Shown here in pieces: positions 32,656 to 42,929 of a DNA stretch of 64,000 nt; the stretch's first letter is position 1; every line of letters begins with the position of its first letter. The DNA comes from Diplonema japonicum (lineage: Eukaryota > Protista > Euglenozoa: Diplonemea). The stretch spans positions 186,001-250,000 of the forward strand of contig OZ025728.1 of NCBI GenBank assembly GCA_964019335.1, given 5' to 3'. Made by a program: the position numbers and the translations under genes. The notes beneath the pieces were generated by a model. It was not told the DNA's origin, ran no database searches, and saw nothing but the letters and a program-made list of their open reading frames with translations.

Positions 32656-34499
32656 TTTTGGTAAACGTTCTTCTTCTTTCAATCGATTGTTATATGTACT
32701 TATAAAATGTAAAATATAGCGCGCATTCGACGACACTGATCAAGCGACTGGCACCTTCCGAAGAAGGGCCTCCCAATTCCGCCGGGTTGAGCAGAGGATG
32801 CCCCGGGGCGGCCGTTCCAGTCTGATCATGTCGCACTATAATATATGTTCTCATCTCCAAGGAGAAATGAGGTTTTTTGCCCTCGTAGCTCGCCGGGCCA
32901 GCACTCTTACTTGCGTAAGGTCTTCGTGGTTCTTAGGGGGTGGCGCTGTCCCACATTATGCCACTGCAGCGTGGTGAAGAAAAGCCAGTCAGTGGCCACG
33001 AAGTAGTGATCCTTCAAGGCTCTCATATCTCTGTGCCGCGTGAACTGCTGCCGTCTCTCGACGTCCCCCTTCGCCTTCCAGCCTTCCGAGTCATACCTCG
33101 ACCCCGCCATCGGAAACGGCGGAACCTGCGCCACGGACGGAGGAGCTGGAACTGGCATGCCTCACTACCCACGACGGCGACGAAGCCCTGGCCCCACACT
33201 CAGCCCCAGCCCCGGCCCCGCCCCTCGCAAGCCACCACAAGAAGAAGCGAAAGGGAGGCGCATGCCCGGACGTGTACCTTGGCCACGACACCAAGCTGGT
33301 AAGGACCAGCACAGATCGTGCACCAGAGCCACCTCTGCTCGTCAAATGGCGGTCCAAGAGCGCGAAGCGCGGGCAGTTGTGCGACGGACAAGCGGAGCCC
33401 GCAAAGAAGAAAGACCGCTTGGACCTCCTCAGGGCGAACCGACGGTCGGGCAAGGCCGCCGTTCACGCCCTGGCTGAAGAACATCGAGCGGGTCTGGAAG
33501 ATAAGCTCTCCCACACGAAACTGGCGACGGCCGGGATCGTCGAAGCGGAAGGGGAGTGGACGCCAGAAGCCATGATACGGGTCTGCAAACACGTGCTTGG
33601 CGAAGAGCCTAAAACCGCGAAGGAACTCGGGATTCACATGAAGTTTGTCCGGTTCGCCCTCATCCTGGACTTTGACAAGACGTGGATCATGGCCAGGTCG
33701 GGGCAGAGACTTTGTCGCCGTCGTCGCCAGTCAGGTCTATGACCACCCTTTCATTTCCTTGTGCCTCCTGTGGTGTAGGCTCTGTTTTTATCGATGTCGG
33801 GGTCGAGATTGGGGCAGAGGCCACGTCGTCGTCGCCGGTCAGGTCTATGACCACTTTCAAATTTCTCTGTGCCTCATCGGTCCCCCGTGGGGCAGGTCTC
33901 GCTGATTGAGGATGGGGGTCGTCGTCTGTTTGCGTCGACTCTGTGGGTGGTGGCACCAGCATGTACATGTCCCCCTGTGGGGGAGGAGGAGGTTCCGTCG
34001 CAGCAGTCAAATCCGCGGGTGGCTCCAGCATGTACATGTCTCTGCTGTGCTGTGTCAGCTCCGGCATGTACAGGTCGTCTGTAGCCGACAGACAGGCCAG
34101 GGGTGAGAATCGTTCTGGGGTGCGAGGGAAACACGCGGTCGTTGCGCTGTGTGCGCGTCCCGGTTGTGATCCGGGGCTTGACGTGCGACCTCTCGTGATG
34201 CCCCCACGACCTCGTTGGTGCCCCGGTACATCGGTCCACAGCAGACTCTGATGGACAGTCGTCGTTGTCCGCGTAAAAGAAGAAGAAGCAGAAAAAGAAG
34301 GAGGAGAAGTAGAAGTGCCCCGTCCTGACGCAGTCCTGCTACTGCTTTGCATCTGTCGTTGCGACATCGTCGTCAGAGCTAACGGCACCCAGGGCTCCGC
34401 TGTCGTCAAGAGGGGTGGTGGGGCGACCGCCTCCGTTGAGGGCTCGGGTTGCACCCATGTCGTCCATCCATGCTGCCCCAGAGGTTCAGACAGGTCCAT

Positions 34500-35500
34500 C
34501 TGCACGGGGACTGGGTCTGTAACGGGGAGGGCATCAACTTCGGGTAACGGGTCCGAGGCGAGGACCGGGTCAGACGCGGGGACCGGGTCTCTGGTGGAGG
34601 CTGCGCCTGATGTAGGAACCGGGTCTGCGGAGGGAATCGGACTAGAAGCGTGGACCGGGCCTGTGGTGGGGACTGCGTCCGTGACAGAGATCGGGCCAGG
34701 CGAACTGACTAGGTCCGTGGCGTAGACTGGGCCAGTTGTGGGCACTGGGTCGTCAGGGACTATCGAGACCGGGCCAGATGCGGGGACCGGATCCGTGACG
34801 GGGACCGGGTCAGCGATCGGGCTATTTGCGGGGACCGGGTCAGCGACTGGGCTGGCTGCGGGGACCGGGTCTGTGATGGGGGCCGTGTCTCCAACCGGGT
34901 TGGTTGTGGGGGCCGGGTCCGTGACAGGGACCGGGTTAGCTGCGGGGACCGGGTCTGTGACGGGGACCGGGTCAGCGACTGGGCTGGTTGCGGGGACTGG
35001 ATCTGTGGCAGGGGCCGTGTCTGCGACCGGGTCTGTGGTGAGGACCGGGTCAGCGACTGGGTTACTTGCAGGGACCGGGTCAACGACTAAGCTGGTTTCG
35101 GGGATCGCGTCTGTGATGTAGGTCGTGTCTGCGACCGGGCCAGATGCGGGGACCGGGTCCGTGACGGGGACCGGGTCAGCGACTGGGCTGGTTGTGGGGA
35201 CCGGGTCTGCGACGGGGGCCGTGTCTGTGACTGGGTTAGCTCGGGTCGGGTCCGTGACGAGGGCCGGGTCCGTGATCGGGCTAGCTGCGGTAACTGGGTC
35301 TGTGATGAGGACCGGGTCAGCGATTGGGCTAGTCGCGGGGACCGGGTTCGTGACGGGGGCCGTGTTCGCGACCGGTTTAGTCGCGGGGACCGAGTCCGCG
35401 ACCGGATTAGCCGTTGGGGCCGGGTCCATGACGGAAACCGGGCCAGATGTATGGACCGGGTCTGCAACGGGGGTCGGGTCAATGCTGTGGAACGGATTAG
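34500..35500 (-). repeat. 18-nt-period coding repeat (xDPVPx) in PLE-B
   Basis: Recurrent gaccgggtc, translating to a P/T/A/D-rich tract. Confidence 0.85.
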
Positions 35501-35504
35501 CGTC

Positions 35505-36646
35505 TTTTTTTTTTTTTTTAAATTCCACTTCCTTTTCGACTTGCTAAGGCCGCACCCACTAGGTGGGTTGGAAGTGTCACGAGACGCTCACCCGGTTGCC
35601 CGGGTACTCATGACCGTACTGGTGTTCTCATTCCACAAGCTTTGCTGGCTGTTTGGCACTTTACACTTTTTTTTTTTTTTTTTTTTTTTTGGCTACTGCG
35701 GGTGCCGGACCTCAGTATCCTTTTTTTTTTTTTTTTTTTATCACGTTATAGGGGTGGGGGTAAACTTGTTCAGGGGGGCTTTTTTATTTTCACTGCTACG
35801 TCTGTCTCGTCGGCTGCTGTAGTGGGGGGGTTGGTGGTGTTCTCTGTTTCTGCGAGAAACAGGATTGGGGGTCTGGGATGGGATCTCGGGATTCTGAATG
35901 AATCAGAAGTGCCTCAGCCGCCTTCTGATTGGCATGCTACTTCGGCAGGTTAGTTGGTTGTTGTGGAGTTGTTGCGGAGGGGGGTAGGTCCCCGGTATCT
36001 TCGAGATATTGGATTGCTTTTCGTGGGTTCTCCGCAAGGATGTGTCGAAGTGTTTGTCCCTGCTTGCTTTGGATGACGGACAGTCTAGGAAGAGATGTTG
36101 GAGGGTTCGCTTCGTGTTGGGGCCACACTTTACGCAAATTCGCTGCTCGGCGTATCCTACCTTCAGCAGGTCATGGTGCCCAGTCTTCAGCTGGTTGATC
36201 AGCACCTCTTCCTTCCTGTTCAGCCCTTCCATCTTTTGGGTGCTTCCGTTCTACCTGCCCACTTATTGTATGTCTTTTCCTTATTTAGCCTTGCTAATAT
36301 TTCCTGCTTTCCGGTTTTTCTTATGTAGTTCTTCGCTGCACCCATGCTGATCTTCTGTGTTGCTTCCTTGTCTCTGCCGTTGCTGGCGAGTTGGTCTGCC
36401 TTCTCGTTTCCTTCTATTCCGCAGTGGCCTGGGATAAAGCAGCATGTGAGGTGGTTTCCTCTCGTTGTCAGTGCGTGTATGTTGTGCCATGCCTCGACCA
36501 CCATGTCTTCTTGTTGCTTTGCGGGACCTTGCTTAAGCTTTTGCAGGCACGCCATAGAGTCTGTCAGCAGGTTGATCTGCGCCCCTTGCGTGTCCTCCTT
36601 CACGAGCCTCGCTAGCGCCGTGTTGATGGCGTTCATCTCTGCTTGA
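35505..36646 (-). mobile_element. RNase H LINE 3' fragment inserted in the PLE-B ORF
   Basis: RNase H motifs and poly(A) tail; separates the Josephin-like domain from the P/T-rich repeat. Confidence 0.85.
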
Positions 36647-38798
36647 AAACTCTGTCTGAGTCCGGACCAGGTGAAGGGACCGGGTCATCATTGGGGGTGA
36701 GGCTAGCTGCAGGGGTCTGGCTCAAACAGGGGCCTGAAACCGGTGGCATTACCTCGTCCTGCGCTCCCTTGATGCAAGCGTGGACGTCGAACGCTTTTGG
36801 TCTGCCGCCGTTTTGCTCCCTTAAGGTCCTTGCTCTGGCCCAGCTTTCTTCGGTGATACCCAGGATGTTCTGTTCGTCATACATACGTAGGACCTGCCTC
36901 AGTCCATTGACACGGTGTTCTTCCTCGTCTGTGTCCATCACGGTGTACCACGACCTGCCGGTTTTGATGGCTGTAGTCCAGTGGCCCGTCCTGGAGCCTT
37001 TCGGCGGGCCGATTACCAGAACTGGGTACCGTCCGCTCTTGACCACGCTCTGCAGCGAGGCCTCTTCGCCAAGGATCTTTTGGCAGGCAAGGGACAGGGT
37101 ATCTTGGGAGAAGTCGCCTTTCTCGTTCGGCTGGTACTCCTTCGCATGCCCCTCGGTGTGCAGGGCGAGCTCCGAGGTACAGAGGTGGTGTTGGATTGTC
37201 TGCATCTCTGCGAACGGCATGCGTGCCAGCTCTGCGTAGTCTGCGATCCAGTTCACCACGGCCCAACCACACTCGAGGCCTACGCGTCCTTCGCCACTTT
37301 CCTGGTGTAGCGACGTGGGGTATTCCGATGTAGGTGTCTCCATTGGTGTCGTTTCCGTTGAGGGCGGCTGTTGTGGAGGTGGTTCCTTTTGCGAGCTCGT
37401 GTCAGCGGTGGAGGTGGACTCTTGTGTTGTCTGCGTCGGTTCGGAGGGGAGGGCTGTGCTCTTTCGGGGGTCCTTACGTCCCACATACGCGAGATCCGGG
37501 TAGCATTCGTCAAGTTCGCGGCCTGCTCTGTAGTTCTTCCCTGCTTCGGTAAAGAAACTTTGGAGCTCCCCTTTCTCCCAGCCGTAGTTCTTGTTGACGC
37601 GCTCACAAAGGAACTCGTGGAATGCTCGGTTCAGGAGTTTGTGCTCGTGACCTCGATCGCGCAAACTGAAGTATGTCTTTGCAATTTGCCTCTTGAAGTC
37701 CGGTGAGCTGTTGGTGAGGCAAAGCGCTTGCTGCATCATGCCCTTCAGGATACCTGGGCCTTGTGTTGAGGGAGCTGCTGTGTGCCCGTGTGTGAAACGC
37801 GTGGGCTTGAACTTCCAGTTCGCAGCCTTGTCATAGACTGACAAGCGTACCCAGTTGTTTTTCGGCGTTTCGTGCCGTTCGGTCCTGATCCGCATGCCGA
37901 TGAACGGAACGTCGTCGTCGTTGTCCGACGTCTTGGCGTAGGACATCCCGTACAGCTCTTCGGGTGGGGGGGTCCGGGGCCCATCGGTATGCCCCGCACC
38001 TGGCGCAGAGCACGGCCGCCTTGCTCGACGTACGCGTTGTTAACGACGAATTCGACTAGTTCCTCCACCATCGAGAGGGAGTACACTTTGTCGTCGTCTT
38101 CTGCATCCGCGAAGCTACTTCCGCTCTTGTTTATCACCAGCTCCTTCCCGGCGTGCTCGAAGGCTTCGCGGATTGCTCTGCCCAGGCCCTTTCGAAGGAG
38201 TCCCTGGTCCAGGTTGGAGTACATCGTTTTAAAGTCGTAGGTGGCGGGGACCTTCGACTTGAAAAACGTGTACCGCTGCTTGATCTCAGCCGCGACCTGC
38301 TCAGCTGATTCCACGATCCAGAAGCGGCGTACTCCGCTGAGGCCCGGATTCACCTCCTTGCTTCGGAACTCCAGGTCCTTCTCGTGCAGGGTGCGTTGTA
38401 CAGCTTTTAGGAGGCTCGAGAGCTCTTTGTGCGCTCCTGTCATCGCTGCAACCGGTCTTGCTGCGTTCGTTGGGGCGGCGGCCTTGAAGGCGTCGTCGCG
38501 CTCACCGTCGGAACCTGCAGCTAGCAGTCGCTCCATTATGGACTGCGTTGATTGTGCTTGTGGGTTGGTGCCTTCCTCCGTCGCAGGGGGGTCTCGGGAC
38601 GACACGCCAGAAATCCACCGGAAGCCTACTTGTTCTTTGTGTAACTTGATGGCCCCGTAAAGGTATGGCATCTTCGTCGACTTGATCTTGATACCGAACG
38701 ATTCAGTCTCTTCTGTGATGCTATGCCTTGTGCTCTCCATGTCTTGTACCTCTGCAAAACACTCGCCGTCGAGCTGGGCGTGGAGCAGTTGTAGGTAG

Positions 38799-39711
38799 CT
38801 GAAATGGTTTTAAGTTAGGATGAAGAAGCGAAGAAATAGATAAAAAGGGGTGGGAAAGAATAAATACTGCATACGAAAACAGAGAGTCGAGTAAAAAAGG
38901 GAAAAGGTGACTGAAATGGTTTTAAGTTAGGATGAAGAAGCGAAGAAATAGATAAAAAGTGACTGACATCCTCAAGAGGAGCCTCCCACGTACCAGGAAT
39001 TAAGCAGAGGTTGCTTCCATGGCCCGTATCAGTCTATCGCCAGAAAGAATAATGAAAATAACATAACAAAGAGAAGGGGAGAAGAAACGGAAAAAGACGG
39101 CTTGGTCATCAGAGAATGTTGACCCAAATGCGTCGGCGGACGCAGTTTAACGTCATACCCGGGACGGAAACCATGTTGGGAAAGCAGAAGGGAAGTTAAA
39201 AGACAAGAAGTGGAAAAGGAAAAGGTGGAAACTAAAATCATAGGGTGCGAGGTCTGTGAGACCCTGCATAGCCTATCGCCCTCGTAGCACGCCGGGCCGG
39301 CACTCCTACATTGCGTAGGGTCGTCTCCAGTAGTTCCTAGTTGTAGGAGTTCAGCACAGTCGACCACTGTGACTCGCTGTAGTAGAGGGTCCCTGCCCCC
39401 ACGAAGTCAGCGAGTAGGGCTGCCACAGTCGGATACGACTTGTCCTTGAACCCTTGGGTCTGCAACCGAAAGCCCTGTCCCTGGCGGGAAGCGTAGAGCC
39501 ACGTCGAGTCATAACAGACCAGCAGACACGGGATCGCGACGCGTGTGTCGAGGGGGACCGTGACCATGGGGGTCTCACCCAGGAAGTGTGTGCAAGCCCT
39601 GGACAAGCAGGAGGTACATGATCTTCCTAGCAACTGCTTGATAGTGGCCGTTGTTGGAGATCTGTACCTCTCCGTCATCGTCGAGAGAGATGGTGGGCGG
39701 TATCCTACCCT
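38799..39711 (-). mobile_element. PLE-A 3' fragment plus a captured PLE-B fragment, nested in PLE-B
   Basis: A 3' end at 38799-39605, then a copy of ~40577-40684. Flanked by a ~57-bp duplication (38742-38798 / 39712-39769). A 48-nt A end is inserted at 38911. Confidence 0.85.
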
Positions 39712-42700
39712 TCTTGTACCTCTGCAAAACACTCGCCGGTCGAGCTGGGCGTGGAGCAGTTGTAGGTAGTGTGCCTTGCAGACCATGCCGATGTCGTGGA
39801 CGCTTTTGTCGACTGGCAAGAACACGAAAGCCTTCTGCAACTCTTTTAGCTTTGATTTAAGCTGCTCGGGGACCTTAGGATCAAAGACGGGCTGCTGGAG
39901 CTCTTTGTTCAGAGTAGCCTCTGCTTTGGTGTGTAGAGCCCGTAGGAACGTCAATCTTTCAGACGCGAGGGCTTTCTTGAAGTGAAGGTTTACGAAGCCG
40001 ACCAAGTCTTGTTCCAGGTTTTCGGAGCTCGTGAGCGCGTCGACTGACAGGCGGAACTTCATACCCATGCTTAGGATCTTCAGCAGTTGCTCGTCGTCTG
40101 TCAGCTCCGAGGCGATACCGCATGTGTGTCCTTCGTGCTGGTGCGAGGAGTTCCACTTGGCGCAAGGGCATGGGTCAACATCGCTCGTTTTCGGTCTTAC
40201 GCCAGCGAGGCTGACTTGGCTGACATTGCACACCGCGTACAGTCTTCCCAAGTCGATTGCAAACCCTAACTCTGTCCAAGATCTTCGGGTTTGGGCATGC
40301 CGTGCGGACTGCTGGGTCGCCGAAGATCTTGTGCCATGGAATCTTCTGCTTACCCTTGTGGTCGAACACCGTCTTGAACCAGATTGTGTTGTCTGCGGGT
40401 TTCTTGACCTTCTGCAGTTCCGAGGGGCTTAGACGGTGCGAGAGGCCTTTCTCCAGCAATTGGACTCGTTCTGTGTAGAATTTGCCTGTTATGTATCGTC
40501 GCACAAAACTGAGGTACCGTACCACGGTCTTTGGAAGCCAGCGTTCGTACGAGTATGTCGCCAGGTCCTCGTGGTTCAGGAGGTGCATGATCTTCCTAGC
40601 AACTGCTTGATAGTGGCCGTTGTTGGAGATCTGTACCTCTCCGTCATCGTCGAGAGAGATGGTGGGCGGTATCCTACCCTTCTTGCGCCTTGTTTGTTGC
40701 TGGTGCTCGGCTGTTTGGGCAGCAGCTGGAGTCTTTTTGGAGACAGGGGTCTGCTTGTCCTGTGATGCAGACTTCCTTTGCTTCGGTGCAAGTTGCTTGC
40801 TCCGTGTAGTCGTCTGTTTGTTCTTCGAGGCCGACCTTTTGTTTTGTGTGGCAGCCGGCAGCAGTCTTTGGGGACTGGGGCCTGCTTGCCCTGTGGCGTA
40901 GACTTCTTTTGCTGCGTTGCAGACTGCTTGTCCCACATGGTAGACTGTCTGTTTGTCCGTTGGTTTTGCGAGGTCGTCTGCGTGGCCTGGCTTGCCCTTT
41001 CAGGTTTGGGCTTGCGGGCCGTGTTCTTCCGTTGCCTACGGGGGAAGTCGCGCCACTTCATGGAGGAGTTCAGTGGGCACTTCAGGCGGTTGATGAACTT
41101 GGCCTCCGACACGGACGCGACTCTGTAAAAGTGCTTCCTGTCCGTGTAGGCGGCTTCCGGGACCTTCAGAACCGGCACGCAGTACAGGGGTGTGTCGAGG
41201 CCAGCGATGTGCTCCTGTACTGGTGTCACATCACCGCCGCGGCGCACAGCTGACTTCGAGTCGTTCCAGTGTTGCTTGCCGCGTTTGTAGGCCGTGTTGA
41301 CAGTCTGCCCTGCGTAGAGCGGCTGGCCAAAACTGTTTACGAGTACGTAAACGACACCCTTGTCCTTTCGCAGGTCCAGGTGAGGGTTCCAGTCCATTGC
41401 TTTCAACAACTTGGCGTATTTGCTGCCGAACCGGATGGCGGCTAACTTGGAGCCTTCTACCCACTCGTTCCAGTCTGGAGTTCCGTTTTTCATGATGGGT
41501 TTGTCAGCTTCTTTGTTGAGTGGTTGGTGGCTCTTCCGGCTGCGGTACCTCTGAGCCTGCTTGTCCATGCCTCCAAGGAAGGGATCTCTACGGATCTCGG
41601 TCTTCTCGGCAGCGCGTCCCCAACGCACGCTCGCAACCTCGCGGTAACCGTCGGGAGCAGGGGTGGTCGCAGGACGATGGCGCAGGGAGAGTTCCTGCTT
41701 GAGCTGAAAAGCTGCCTTGAGCCCGTATCGTCGCGCGATTTCACGGGTGTAGGCGGCGTAGTCAGGGGCGTAGTCCTGTGTCTTCAGGGCTACGGTTATC
41801 ATCAAAACGTTGCCAGCTGTCTTGATGTCGCGGAAGAAGAGGTGGTGCGAGACACTCTTCTTACTCACGGAAAGGAGCGCTTTTATAACGTCGTCTCGTT
41901 TCGGAGACAAGCGCATATGGGGGGATGGTGGGGGTTTTTTCGCTGGTGGTGATTGTGGGTGGTAACCTTCTAGATTTTACCTTTGAATGTGTGTTGTTAA
42001 GCCTAGGTTTTTAGGGGTAGGATGTGACCAGTTTCGATAAAAAGGCCCTCATCCAAACGGGCGGCCTCTCCCGTTTCCCCGTAAGAAGATCAGAGGGTGG
42101 GGTGATGGGGTTATCCCTTTCGAGAGCGCCCCTCCGCGCTCCACGAATGCACGTACCACGGGCTGTCCCATCGTCCGTATAATACGTACCGTGGGCCTGT
42201 CGTCGTCGAGGTGGTTTTGAACTAAGTGCCGACGACGTGACTGAACCGTTGTGCCAGACCTACACAACGTGGCTGCGTGTACCATTGGGGGTGCGCGCTT
42301 CCAGCTGGGAGACTACTACTAAGTAGAAGGAGAAGAAGGACAAGGTAAAAAGGGTGGAAGTCGAGATGCGGCGACCCCGCTGTCCTCATCTACGAGGGTG
42401 AGGTCAGGCCCTCTGCCTTTTGGATGACGAGGCCGCATTGAGTGAAACACAGCGAATGATTTGTGGGGTGATGGGAATCGGGATCGGGAGGGGATAGTAA
42501 GGGAGAAGTCGTAGAATGCGTGAAAGGCTACCTTGCAGGAGAGCCTGGCTAGTCTCAGCTACCGTATGACGGGTAGGAGAGCCCCATCGTTGGTCTCAGG
42601 GGGTTGTGCAACGGGTGTCGCGAATATGTCAGCAGCGCGGCGCTGCTGGGCTTATAGTCTTCAGAGCCACTGGTCGCCTTAGAAGACGGAGTCTTAGAAG

Positions 42701-42929
42701 GACCCATGTGGTAGTGAAGTAAGAATCCCTTGGTAAACGTTCTTCTTCTTTCAATCGATTGTTATATGTACTTATAAAATGTAAAATATAGCGCGCATTC
42801 GACGACACTGATCAAGCGACTGGCACCTTCCGAAGAAGGGCCTCCCACGTCCGCCGGGTTGAGCAGAGGATGCCCCGGGTCGGCCGCTCCAGTCTGATCA
42901 TGTCGCACTATAATATATGTTCTCATCTC

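Larger units (their letters stand above)
32907..41916 (-). pseudogene. PLE-B polyprotein, fragmented (40576-41916, 40175-40936, 39712-40251, 37745-38798, 36645-37946, 33700-35503, inverted 33099-33698, 32907-33098)
   Basis: The pieces align in order with the PLE-A protein. GIPMG runs straight into PPPEELYGM near 37970, so the catalytic YxDD segment is lost. Confidence 0.8.
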
